64,000 nt of DNA from a virus, in the IMG/VR virus record IMGVR_UViG_3300016445_000001. One strand, 5' to 3'. Below, piece after piece: positions 51,710 through 60,357 of this stretch (position 1 is the stretch's first letter; each line of letters begins with the position of its first letter). The translations under genes and the position numbers were made by a program. The notes under the pieces are model-generated. The model had not been told where the DNA came from and did no database searches. It saw nothing but the letters and a program-made list of their open reading frames with translations.

Positions 51710-52032
51710 TTGGCCGGCGGCTCGGGCAGCGGCACATCCACGGTCGCCTTGCCGCCCTGGATCGGGGTGAGCGCGGTCTGGATCGGCAGCAGGTCCGGCC
51801 GGTGGGTGTGCGGTGCCAGGTAGGCCGCGGCGGTGTGCATCAGCCAGGCCACGCCCATCGGCAGGAACGCCAGCAGCGGGCCGGGGATGCCGTCGTGCCA
51901 GGCCGGTATCCAGTACGTCAGGCCCCACACGATCAGGCCGGTGATGATGCCGGCCCAGCTCCCGATGGCGACCTTGGTTTCGACCAGGCTGTTGGGCGGC
52001 AGGAGGCTGCCGAGCGGATCGGGTGCGGTCAT
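51706..52032 (-). CDS. small membrane protein (2-3 TM)
   Basis: 108 aa between the portal and MuF genes. Hydrophobic WAGIITGLIVWGL and LLAFLPMGVAWLM. Confidence 0.6.
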   Translation of the reverse strand: MTAPDPLGSLLPPNSLVETKVAIGSWAGIITGLIVWGLTYWIPAWHDGIPGPLLAFLPMGVAWLMHTAAAYLAPHTHRPDLLPIQTALTPIQGGKATVDVPLPEPPAK

Positions 52033-53639
52033 GCCATCCTCCCCGGAGGTGGGGTCATCGGCGGCCCGCCAGGTGGCCGCGGCGGCTGGGCCTGCTGGCC
52101 GAGCCCGGGAGCTGGCGGGGTTGTGGGCAGGCCGCCGCCAGGGCGAGGCGGCGGCCCGCCGGCACGGGCGGCGGCTGCCTGGGCCATGCCCAGGCCCGCA
52201 GACGCCATCCCGTTGAGCGCGCCGAGAGTCCCGGCCGCCTGCTGCGGCATGCCGGGCGGCGCGCTAGCCATGAGCTGCTCGGCGCGCTGGTTGGCGGTGG
52301 ACACCAGCGCCTGGTGTACCTGGTCCACATCGAGCTGGAGGATGGACGCCATCCGCTCGGTGATCAGGTCGAGCACGGTCAGGGGGATGTGCAGCGCCGG
52401 TGCGGCGCAGAGCTGGCCGAACAGCGTGAGGAGCGCCTGGATCTGCTCGTCTTGCAGCGGGCCGAACTTCCACGTCGGGTAGGCGGCGTTCACGCCGTAG
52501 TTGAGCATGATCAGCGGCCGGATCACGTCGTAGCTGATCGACTCGGCCATCTCCTTGGCCACCGCCTGGCGGCTCTTGAGGTAGAACGACGATTGATCCT
52601 GGCTGAGCGCGTAGGAGCCCCTGCCCCCGGTAGCCGAACCGGTGAGCGCCATGAACCCAGCCAGGACGCTGTGAGTCTGCCAGCTCTCCAGCCAGCCCAT
52701 CGCGGTCTGGAAGAACTCCCCGCCGTTGCTCGCGCCCTGGAGCACGTCGAACGCCTTCTGCCCCGTCTCCGGGTGGACCAGGCCGACCACGCCACTGCTC
52801 TTGAGCGAGGCGATGTCATCGGCGCGGGTGTTGGCCTCGGTGGGGTCGTTGCCGTAGACGATCGTGCGCGGCAGGGCGGTGTTCTCTAGGAAGTTGTACC
52901 AGAGAAAAAGGAGCTTCATCTTGGTCTGGTAGCACCAGTAGCTGATGTCCATTTCTGAGACACCGCTCATTGGCTCGCGGTGCTTGCCATTCACGTGGAC
53001 AAAGGACCGGATCTGCGGGATGTCCACATAACCGGGCACCTGCTGGTGCTTGCTGATCGTGTTGAGCTGGCCGCCAAACAGCCACACCTGCTGCCGGAAC
53101 CCATTCTTGGCACCGGTGCGGGCGCGATAGCGCGCCTGGCATGTCGCCGTCGGCCGGTAGGCGATCTTGTCATAGATCACCCGGCCGTCGGCATCGCGGA
53201 TCTTCCAGACCTTCTCAAAAAACGACTTGCGGTAAATCTGCGCGCTGGTGATCTGCCCGACGATCTCCGATATGGGCGTCTGCATTCCGCCCTCGGTGTC
53301 GGGGGTCATCAGCACCGACTGCACGAACTCGGCCTCGCCCTTGTCGTCTTTGGCCGGCACAATCGAGTAGTCCGCCTCGCGGATAGGCAGGGTGAGCACC
53401 ATCTCGACCGCGGAGCAGATCCCGTCCCGGCGAAACATCGCTTTCATGTCCCGGGTGGTCCACTCGCCGTAGTCGAATACGTCGCCCGCGCCGAAGTAGC
53501 CGAACAGCCGCTGCCCCATGTCGAACTGGGTGCCCAGCTCCTGGCCGAGCAGGTCCCGACGGGTCGCCTTTTTCAGGTCGGGGAATTGCAGGAGCCGCGC
53601 GGGCTCGCGCTCTGCCGCCGCCGCCATGATCACCGCCAT
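52029..53639 (-). CDS. portal protein
   Basis: 536 aa directly after the large terminase. Start region GTGATCATG embeds the TerL stop (alternative ATG 53627). Confidence 0.8.
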   Translation of the reverse strand: MAVIMAAAAEREPARLLQFPDLKKATRRDLLGQELGTQFDMGQRLFGYFGAGDVFDYGEWTTRDMKAMFRRDGICSAVEMVLTLPIREADYSIVPAKDDKGEAEFVQSVLMTPDTEGGMQTPISEIVGQITSAQIYRKSFFEKVWKIRDADGRVIYDKIAYRPTATCQARYRARTGAKNGFRQQVWLFGGQLNTISKHQQVPGYVDIPQIRSFVHVNGKHREPMSGVSEMDISYWCYQTKMKLLFLWYNFLENTALPRTIVYGNDPTEANTRADDIASLKSSGVVGLVHPETGQKAFDVLQGASNGGEFFQTAMGWLESWQTHSVLAGFMALTGSATGGRGSYALSQDQSSFYLKSRQAVAKEMAESISYDVIRPLIMLNYGVNAAYPTWKFGPLQDEQIQALLTLFGQLCAAPALHIPLTVLDLITERMASILQLDVDQVHQALVSTANQRAEQLMASAPPGMPQQAAGTLGALNGMASAGLGMAQAAAARAGGPPPRPGGGLPTTPPAPGLGQQAQPPRPPGGPPMTPPPGRMA

Positions 53640-55258
53640 GCTCGGACGTTGGCCCTCTCGGGCTGCCGGTCACCTGCCTGGGTGTCATCGGCGGGGGCGA
53701 AGCTGTCCAGGCTCCAATCGGTCCTAGCGTAGGCCCCGCCGTGCGGCTCGGCCAGCCTGCGGGCCGCCTGGCTGTAGCGCGGCTCGCCGACCAGGGCCAG
53801 CTCCTTCTGCGCCGCCCACTGCACCGGGGTGGCGTGCGCCGGCGGCCCGAACACCTTCTTGAGGAACGGGCTCAGCGCCCACACCAGCGAGTCCAGCCGG
53901 TCCGGCGACCGCTCGCCCGCCGCGCCGGTGAACGTCGCCATCTGGTCCTCCAGCTCGGGCATGTCCCGGTCTGGCACCAGGTGCTTGTTGCGGTCCTCGC
54001 GGGTCAGGTGGCAGTGCCGGACCAGGCCACCGTGCTGCTCGTACAGCGCGGACACCGGCTCGGCGCGGGTCCGCTTGGCCTGGCTGGCGTGGATCACCCG
54101 GTAGCGGACGCTGACCTTCATCTGCCGCACCACCTGGTCGAACGTGGCCTTGAGCCACGCGCCGCCGTGGTTCTTCTCGATGATCAGCTCGACCGGGCAG
54201 CCGGGGAACTCGCGCTCCAGCGCCAGCGCCCGCCTGATCACCCGGGTGGCGAACGGCACCGGGGCCTCCTGGCCGCCCCAGTTCTCCATCACCCACAGCG
54301 GCCACGGGTCCTCGGGCATGCCGAGCCCGGCCACCGTGTACGCCTGCTCGTCCGACGTCTCGCCGCCGTCGGAAGGGTCCACGCCGATCGTGATCTGGCG
54401 CAGCGCGGTGGGCAGCACCGGCACCCGGATCGAGTCGAGCAGCGAGCGCGTCCACAGGGCGTTGGCCACGTCATCGAGCAGCTCGCCCTCCAGCTCTTGC
54501 AGCTCCAGGCGGGTGCCCTGAGCTGCGCCAACGACGGCGCGCATGAACTCGGCGGACAGGTTGGCCGCATTGTCCACCGTGCGGAGCCGGCGGACAATGA
54601 CGCCGCCCTCGCCGGGGTCGTTGCGGATCAGCGCCCGGACCAGCTTGCGCGCCGGGCGGCTGGCCTTGGGCGTGCCGGTGGCGATGATCCGGCTGATGCC
54701 CTCGCGGACCGCGTAGCGCAGCGACTCGTTCCAGGCCGTCTCCCACTTCTCCCACAGCCCGATCTCGTCCGCCCAGGCCCCGCGGAGGTTGCGGCCCTGG
54801 ATGCGCAGCCCGCCCTCGGCCGCGGAGTCGATGTAGATCACGATCCCCGACCGCATCACCACCTGGCCGTAGGTCCGCCAGGCGTGGGCGACCAGCTTGG
54901 ACCGGCCGTCGCGCACCTCGGCCATCGAGGTGCCCAGCGCCCGCAGGATGCCCGCCTTGCCCTCCACGCACTTGGTCCAGGCGTCGGCGAACGTCGGGGC
55001 TATGATCCCGTACTCACCGCCCTGCGGGTCCGGGTCATCCTGCACCCACTCGGCCATCCCCTGGCTGCCCGCCCGCGTCTTGCCGCTGCCGCGCCCGCCC
55101 TGGAAGTAGGTCACCCGCCACGTCTCGGACAGCGCCGGCAGGAACTGCTCGGGGCGTCCCCTGCGGCCCTGCCGGTCGCCCATCCGCCACCGCAGCCGCG
55201 GGTCGGAGTAGCCGCCCTTCTCCCGGCCGCGGTAGACGCCGCGCAGCGGGTCAGGCAT
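53630..55258 (-). CDS. terminase large subunit
   Basis: Walker A GGRGSGKT, Walker B-like GAWADE, C-terminal nuclease-type acidic motifs (GVDPSDGG). 542 aa. Confidence 0.9.
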   Translation of the reverse strand: MPDPLRGVYRGREKGGYSDPRLRWRMGDRQGRRGRPEQFLPALSETWRVTYFQGGRGSGKTRAGSQGMAEWVQDDPDPQGGEYGIIAPTFADAWTKCVEGKAGILRALGTSMAEVRDGRSKLVAHAWRTYGQVVMRSGIVIYIDSAAEGGLRIQGRNLRGAWADEIGLWEKWETAWNESLRYAVREGISRIIATGTPKASRPARKLVRALIRNDPGEGGVIVRRLRTVDNAANLSAEFMRAVVGAAQGTRLELQELEGELLDDVANALWTRSLLDSIRVPVLPTALRQITIGVDPSDGGETSDEQAYTVAGLGMPEDPWPLWVMENWGGQEAPVPFATRVIRRALALEREFPGCPVELIIEKNHGGAWLKATFDQVVRQMKVSVRYRVIHASQAKRTRAEPVSALYEQHGGLVRHCHLTREDRNKHLVPDRDMPELEDQMATFTGAAGERSPDRLDSLVWALSPFLKKVFGPPAHATPVQWAAQKELALVGEPRYSQAARRLAEPHGGAYARTDWSLDSFAPADDTQAGDRQPERANVRAWR

Positions 55259-55968
55259 CAGCTCGCCCGGGTCAGCTCGCGGTGCAGGGTCTGCCGGGCC
55301 GTCTCCTGCTCGACCAGGCCCAGGCCCATCCCGGCGAGCACCACGTCCAGCGCCCGCTCGATCCGGCCGATCTGCTCCTCGGTGATCTGCGCCAGCCGCG
55401 CCTCGATGCCCAGCTTGATGATCCCCATGTAGAGCTTGGCCAGCCGCTCGATCGCCCGCTCGTACAGCAGCACCTCGGCGCGGAGCTGCTCACCCACCCG
55501 GTCGTGCGCGTACCTGGTCCGCTCCTGGGACAGCAGGTAGGCGACGATCTCCTGCATGATCTTTTTCCACTCGGCCATCTCGCCCGCCAGGCCGAGCAGC
55601 TCGGTCAGCGGGTTGGCCACGGGAGCCGGGGCCAGCAGCCGGTCCCCGTGCTCGCTCATGATCTGCACCATCCGGTCCATCACGCGGCCCTCAACCACGC
55701 TGCGGGCCGCGCCGCGGGACATCCCCGAGCCCAGGTTCGCGCCGTGCGTCTTGCAGGCCGGCGGGCTGGTGCCCTTCACCGCGTACTGGCGGCAGCCGCT
55801 GCTGTTGCGGCAGCGGCGGATGCCGGTGATCTCCTCGGCCTCCTCCAGGTTCTCGTCCGGCACGTGGTGCAGGCAGAACCCGAGCCCGTCGATCTCGTGG
55901 TTGCCGCAGCCGTCGGGCCAGCCGCACATCAGGATGCCCTCGCCAGGCACGACAGCGCGCATGATCAC
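55258..55968 (-). CDS. terminase small subunit candidate (Cys-rich N-terminus)
   Basis: 236 aa immediately upstream of TerL, overlapping its start. Call is positional only. Confidence 0.45.
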   Translation of the reverse strand: MIMRAVVPGEGILMCGWPDGCGNHEIDGLGFCLHHVPDENLEEAEEITGIRRCRNSSGCRQYAVKGTSPPACKTHGANLGSGMSRGAARSVVEGRVMDRMVQIMSEHGDRLLAPAPVANPLTELLGLAGEMAEWKKIMQEIVAYLLSQERTRYAHDRVGEQLRAEVLLYERAIERLAKLYMGIIKLGIEARLAQITEEQIGRIERALDVVLAGMGLGLVEQETARQTLHRELTRAS

Positions 55969-56026
55969 TCCCGGTTAGGGATGGCCCGGCTCCAGTCCCC
56001 GCTGTTCCAGCGCCGGGCCATCCCGG

Positions 56027-57268
56027 CTACTGGCTGCCGCCGTACTGCTGCGCCGCGTCGGCAGCGGCGGCCCGCATCCCCGCGGGAGCCCAGCGGGCGA
56101 TGTCCGCGATGCCCGCCGAGCACATCCCGGCGATCTGCTCCAGCGCGGCCTTGGGGTCGGCCTCGGGGTCGGTCGCCGCGGCGTAGATCAGCTCCAGCAG
56201 CGCGGCTCCCCTGCTGACCGCGGCCGGCGCGGTCGGCGGCAGCACCGGGCTCTCGTTGGACGTCGGCTGCGCCACCGGCGTCAGGCCCGGCGCAGGGGGT
56301 GCCCAGGCGACCGGTGGCTCCGGTGCGGGAGGTGGCGGCGGCGGTGGGGGAGCACCGTCGCCGCCGCCTGCCGCGGGTGGTGGGCCGTCGGTCGGGGCAG
56401 GCGGGCCAGCGTCGGGCGGGGCATCGGGCGGTGCTGGCGGTGCAACCGTCCCGCCGTTTCCGTTGGAAGTTCCATCGCCAGTGCCAACGTCAGTTGGGGG
56501 TGCCTGGTCCACCGGCTCGGGCATCGGCACCGGCTGGTCCGGGGGCTCGGGCGCAACCGGCGCGGGCGGCGGCCCGGTGTCCGGTGGCGGCGTGGTGTCC
56601 ACCGGGGCCGGTGGCTGGTCCGGCGTGGTGGTCCCGTCGCCGCCGTCCGTAGGCTGGGCGGGTGGCTGATCGACAGGAACGTCCGGGGGCTGCGGAGCCG
56701 GCTGGTCTGGAGGAGCTGACGGCGGCGCTGCCGGATCTGGAGGCGGCCCGTCGGAAGGAGGCGGACCCGCGTCTGGCGGCGCTGGCGGCTGATCTGGCGG
56801 CGCGGGGGCTGCCCCCGGGTCTGGTGCAGGCGTCGGCGCAGGTGGAGCCCCACCCTGATCCGCTGGCGGACCTGCGTCTGAGGGGGGAGCTGCGTCAGGA
56901 GGTGCGGGCGCATCTGGCGGTGACGTGCCCGGGTCTGTCGTTGCGCCCGGGTCTGCTGGCGGCGCTGTCGGATCTCCAGTTGGAGGGGCAGCCGGGTCCG
57001 CTGGTGCGGGGCCTGCCGTCGGGTCTGTAGGCGCTGCGTCCGGTGGAGGCTGATCTGGCGGCGTGGTCCCATCGCCTGGCGCTGGCTGCCCGCCGTCAGG
57101 AGCTGGAGCGGTGGGGTCAGCGCCGGGATCAGGGGCTGGAGCCGTGCCAGTGCCCGCATCCGGGGGTGCCGCGTCAGGAGGTGCCGCGTCAGGCGGCCCA
57201 GCGTCCGGCGTGACCGGAGCGTTCGGATCGGTCGGGTCGGCCGGTGCGGCCGGGTCCGGTGTCGTCAT
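56027..57268 (-). CDS. Pro/Ala/Asp-rich low-complexity protein with small helical C-terminal domain
   Basis: 413 aa. About 330 aa of PPDA/PAPD-type low complexity, then LLELIYAAATDPEADPKAALEQIAGMCSAGIADIARW. Confidence 0.6.
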   Translation of the reverse strand: MTTPDPAAPADPTDPNAPVTPDAGPPDAAPPDAAPPDAGTGTAPAPDPGADPTAPAPDGGQPAPGDGTTPPDQPPPDAAPTDPTAGPAPADPAAPPTGDPTAPPADPGATTDPGTSPPDAPAPPDAAPPSDAGPPADQGGAPPAPTPAPDPGAAPAPPDQPPAPPDAGPPPSDGPPPDPAAPPSAPPDQPAPQPPDVPVDQPPAQPTDGGDGTTTPDQPPAPVDTTPPPDTGPPPAPVAPEPPDQPVPMPEPVDQAPPTDVGTGDGTSNGNGGTVAPPAPPDAPPDAGPPAPTDGPPPAAGGGDGAPPPPPPPPAPEPPVAWAPPAPGLTPVAQPTSNESPVLPPTAPAAVSRGAALLELIYAAATDPEADPKAALEQIAGMCSAGIADIARWAPAGMRAAAADAAQQYGGSQ

Positions 57269-57336
57269 GGCAAGCTCCCCGGGCTAGCTCGTGGGCCAGG
57301 CTACAGGGCCTGGTGACGGTGTTGCCAGCGGGGAGT

Positions 57337-57350
57337 GTTGTACTTACAGT
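57337..57350. promoter_or_regulatory. operator-like site, inverted orientation (gTTGTACTTACAGt)
   Basis: Core TGTACTTACA is the reverse complement of TGTAAGTACA. About 70 nt upstream of ATG 57268. A CTACAGG half-site lies at 57301-57307. Confidence 0.5.
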
Positions 57351-57357
57351 GACGGGA

Positions 57358-57391
57358 ACGGGCGGCCCCCTGCATGCTGAGGGCCGCCCGT
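57358..57391 (-). terminator. stem-loop (11-bp stem ACGGGCGGCCC / GGGCCGCCCGT, 12-nt loop)
   Basis: Read directly, between gene 57523..57933 and the operator-like site. Confidence 0.45.
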
Positions 57392-57522
57392 GGGGGGGCT
57401 TCCACGCTAACACCAGCGGGGCCGTCTTGTAATTACCCGGGTGTCAGCCGCGCGTGGTAGGACGGGCTGACCGCACCCCGAGGGCCACCTCGCGCTGGCG
57501 GCCAGCCCGCCGTGTACTGACA

Positions 57523-57933
57523 CTACGGCGGGACCAGTTCCCACGCACCACCCGCGGTAAACACCAGCTCGCGCCCCGTGTCAGTGGCGCGCAGGATCTG
57601 GCCGGGCTGGGCGTCGGTCGAGTCGAGCGCCGCCTGCGCCAGGTAGGCGTCCGGGCACAGCCACACCTGGTGCGCCGCCTTGATGTCATCGAGCTGCTCG
57701 CGGAGGGACCGCAGCTCGCGGTCGGCCGCCGCGATCAGCAGCTCGGTCAGGTTCGCCAGGTTGTAGGCGACCGCATCGCGCAGGATCTCCGGGCTCAGCC
57801 GGGCCGTTTCCTGCCGCCAGGCGGCACAGATGGCGGCGTAGGACCGCGGGTCAGGACCGGGCACTGAGGGCCTGCCTGCGCCGGTGCTGGTGGAGGAGCT
57901 TGGACGGGGACCGGTGCCGGTGCAGGCGGCCAC
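57523..57933 (-). CDS. hypothetical protein (start uncertain)
   Basis: 136-aa ORF. Confidence 0.45.
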   Translation of the reverse strand: MAACTGTGPRPSSSTSTGAGRPSVPGPDPRSYAAICAAWRQETARLSPEILRDAVAYNLANLTELLIAAADRELRSLREQLDDIKAAHQVWLCPDAYLAQAALDSTDAQPGQILRATDTGRELVFTAGGAWELVPP

Positions 57934-57969
57934 AGCGCCAGAGGCGGCCAGCGCGCCGGTAGCGCGGGG

Positions 57970-58326
57970 TCAATGCGGCCGGTCCAGATGCACCGCGCCG
58001 TGCTGGCTGTTCAGCGCCGCGCGCTCGGCCGCGGAGGCGGGCTGGATGAACCCACCGGTGCGCAGGTCGATCGGCTCGGTGTGCGTCCAGCAGACCGGCG
58101 CGGCCACCCCGATCGTCATGATCCGGCTCCACGCCACCGCCAGCGCCGGGAACCCGGGCAGGTCGAGCTGCACCGTCAGCTCGCCCTCTCCTGATGACTC
58201 ATGGGCCTGGATCTCGGGCTGGGCCTTGAGCAGGCCCTGGTGCTTGGCCGCGCCCGCGCACACCAGGCAGAACCCGAGCGTGCCCGGGGCAGGGTGCGGG
58301 CCGGTGACCGTGACAAAGCCGGGCAT
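57970..58326 (-). CDS. hypothetical protein
   Basis: 118-aa ORF. Confidence 0.5.
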   Translation of the reverse strand: MPGFVTVTGPHPAPGTLGFCLVCAGAAKHQGLLKAQPEIQAHESSGEGELTVQLDLPGFPALAVAWSRIMTIGVAAPVCWTHTEPIDLRTGGFIQPASAAERAALNSQHGAVHLDRPH

Positions 58327-58336
58327 GGCCGGGAGC

Positions 58337-58480
58337 TTACTCCAGCCGCAGCCGGATCAGCAGCACGAGGGCCGCGCCACCGGTGAGGGCGGCCGGGAGG
58401 AGATCGCCGGCCGCGTACAGCGCCAGGCAGGCCACGCCCAGCAGGATCGCCGCGGTCTGCACCGCCCGGTAGGGGATCAC
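58337..58480 (-). CDS. small 2-TM membrane protein (47 aa, below the ORF-track size cut-off)
   Basis: My own translation: VIPYRAVQTAAILLGVACLALYAAGDLLPAALTGGAALVLLIRLRLE. GTG overlaps the upstream TGA (GTGA). G/C third positions. Confidence 0.4.
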   Translation of the reverse strand: MIPYRAVQTAAILLGVACLALYAAGDLLPAALTGGAALVLLIRLRLE

Positions 58481-58752
58481 GGCGGGGACGGCGGGCAGGC
58501 GCAGCCGGGCTCGTGGACCAGGATGCCGAGGGGGGACCGGTAGCAGGGCGGCACCGGCGCGGTCTGCCGCAGGGGCTGGCGGTGCAGGAACGCCGCGAAC
58601 TGCTCGACCGCATCCAGGTCCGCGTCAGTGGGCACCCGGCCCCGGGTCGTGACGCAGATCGCGCCGCGGGACATCAGGTCCGCGGCCCGGTCCCACCGGC
58701 GCTGCTCGTCCGCGGTGGGCTCAGCGGGAGGGCGGGCGCGGCGTCTGGCCAT
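58477..58752 (-). CDS. hypothetical protein
   Basis: 91-aa ORF. Confidence 0.45.
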   Translation of the reverse strand: MARRRARPPAEPTADEQRRWDRAADLMSRGAICVTTRGRVPTDADLDAVEQFAAFLHRQPLRQTAPVPPCYRSPLGILVHEPGCACPPSPP

Positions 58753-59404
58753 GCCTCCAGCCTAGCGGCGGGTGGGGGAGCTGGAAATCGCAGTGCCAGC
58801 AGCGGACCACGATCTGGTAGCGCCAGAGGTGCTTGAGGCGGCGGGTGTAGGTCCGGGTCAGGAGGTGAGATCCCTGGTCACAGGTAGGGAAACAGGAAGG
58901 GCCGGAAATGGTGCCAGTGTGTGAGCGGGGGGTGGGTGGTAGCGGGGCTCGGCCGGGGGGCACCGTGGTGGAGCCGCGCTGAGATCGCTCGATCTCCGCG
59001 ATGCGGAGGGCGACCTGTGCCGCGCGCTCGCTGACCACCCGCCTGAGCACCGGTCGCTGAGCACCATCCAGGGTGGTGCTGAGCGACCGGTCCTGAGCGC
59101 CTGAGCCACCCCCCAGGGTGGTGACCTGCCACAGGCCGGCAAGGTCACCAGTAGGCACGAACAGCTCACCATCCAGCAGCGCACCAGGTGGGGGCAGTTC
59201 CTGCTGATTCGCAGGTACTGGTCGCCATTCCTGCACATCGCCCAGTGGCAGTGGTGACCAGCGTTCTTGCTGGTCAGGCGCGTATATACGCACCTGTTGA
59301 CAGTCGCCTCTATATCGCCTGTGTGCAGCGATCATGCCGATCACGCTGCCAGCAGCGCCGCCAAACAGCGCCGCCAGCAGCGTGATCACAGCATCAGGCT
59401 GCAT
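58721..59404 (-). CDS. hypothetical protein with N-terminal TM helix
   Basis: ATG 59404. AVITLLAALFGGAAGSVIGMIAA is hydrophobic. 227 aa. Confidence 0.5.
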   Translation of the reverse strand: MQPDAVITLLAALFGGAAGSVIGMIAAHRRYRGDCQQVRIYAPDQQERWSPLPLGDVQEWRPVPANQQELPPPGALLDGELFVPTGDLAGLWQVTTLGGGSGAQDRSLSTTLDGAQRPVLRRVVSERAAQVALRIAEIERSQRGSTTVPPGRAPLPPTPRSHTGTISGPSCFPTCDQGSHLLTRTYTRRLKHLWRYQIVVRCWHCDFQLPHPPLGWRHGQTPRPPSR

Positions 59405-60056
59405 CGCCGCCAGGCGGGGTGGTTGCAGCATCCGCCACGGCGGACCACCAGCGCGCCCGCGCAGCGCCGTCTACAGCGGGCGGCTGCTGCTGATCGGCCG
59501 CGCCGTAGAAGGTGACCGGCACCGGTGGTGTGGTTGCCTCCGCGGGCTCGTTCTCGCCGAGCCAGCCCTGCTCCTCGGCGATGGCCATCGCGCGCTGCTG
59601 TGCCTCGCTGCGCACCGCCTCGTCTGTGGCCTGGTCGGCCGCGGCGAGGAGCTGCCCGAGCGGGCGCAGCACGCCGAGCGCCTCGGCGAGCTGGCCCTCC
59701 ATGCGGCCGAGCCTGGCGAACAGCGCCGGCAGCAGCGCCTGGTCGCTGCCAGTTGCAGCGGGCACCTGCTGCTGAGCTGCGGGTGGCGGCTGCTGTTCCG
59801 ATGGTGCCGGCGCGGCTGGCGGCGCTGAGCGGCCCTCTGACGCGCGCCAGCGTTCCGCCAGCTCGTAGCACGCGGTGGTGATGGTCTGCTGGTCAGCGCC
59901 CTGCTCGACCATGGTGGAGACGAGCCACGAGGTGACCCGATCCACGCTGGACACCCTGTCCCGGGCACCCTTGCTGGACTTCCACACGCCCGCTACCTGG
60001 CCCAACGTCCCGGGAGCGCCACTCTGCGTGTCCAGCCATGCACCGAACGTTGTCAC
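59394..60056 (-). CDS. hypothetical protein
   Basis: 220 aa. GTG 60056 lies 7 nt after AGGAGG. Confidence 0.6.
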   Translation of the reverse strand: MTTFGAWLDTQSGAPGTLGQVAGVWKSSKGARDRVSSVDRVTSWLVSTMVEQGADQQTITTACYELAERWRASEGRSAPPAAPAPSEQQPPPAAQQQVPAATGSDQALLPALFARLGRMEGQLAEALGVLRPLGQLLAAADQATDEAVRSEAQQRAMAIAEEQGWLGENEPAEATTPPVPVTFYGAADQQQPPAVDGAARARWWSAVADAATTPPGGDAA

Positions 60057-60262
60057 TGGGCACCTCCTGCTGTGCGCGTGGGCGCGGAGCGCCGAACTGA
60101 CCTGCTCAAACGACTATCCTGCATCTCGATCTTCTCCTTGTCCTTCATCCATGGCTGTAGGTGGAAAGGGTGGGTTTGCCGCATGACTGTTCTATACGTT
60201 TACCCCTCTATCTCTCGTATGCGCGGATGTTGCTGCGTTTCCACCTATTCCACCTAGTGGTA

Positions 60263-60352
60263 GATCGGCTCCTGTGCAGATCCTCGCAAATCCTCGTAGA
60301 TCCGCAGATCCTCGCAGATTCACGTAGATCCCATTCTAGGCAGATCCTCGGA
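60263..60352. repeat. phased array of about 8 short direct repeats, consensus GATCCTCG(C/T)A (iteron-like)
   Basis: Units: GATCGGCTCCTGTGCA, GATCCTCGCA, AATCCTCGTA, GATCCGCA, GATCCTCGCA, GATTCACGTA, GATCCCATTCTAGGCA, GATCCTCGGA. In the 301-bp AT-richer gap 60057-60357. Confidence 0.65.
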
Positions 60353-60357
60353 CATCT

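Noticed and set aside
59281-59290. Perfect AT-rich palindrome CGTATATACG.
   Set aside because: It is a single short palindrome inside a coding region (codons for V-R-I-Y-A), with no partner sites and no obvious context.
59294-59303. CTGTTGACAG copies at 59294-59303 and 61122-61131 as functional promoters.
   Set aside because: Both lie inside minus-strand coding sequence on the opposite strand, with no recognisable -10 hexamer at 16-18 bp. They are recorded only as part of the motif count.
60263-60352. CRISPR array.
   Set aside because: The units are only 8-16 bp, directly abutting with no spacers, and no cas genes are nearby. An iteron-like or regulatory repeat is the better description.
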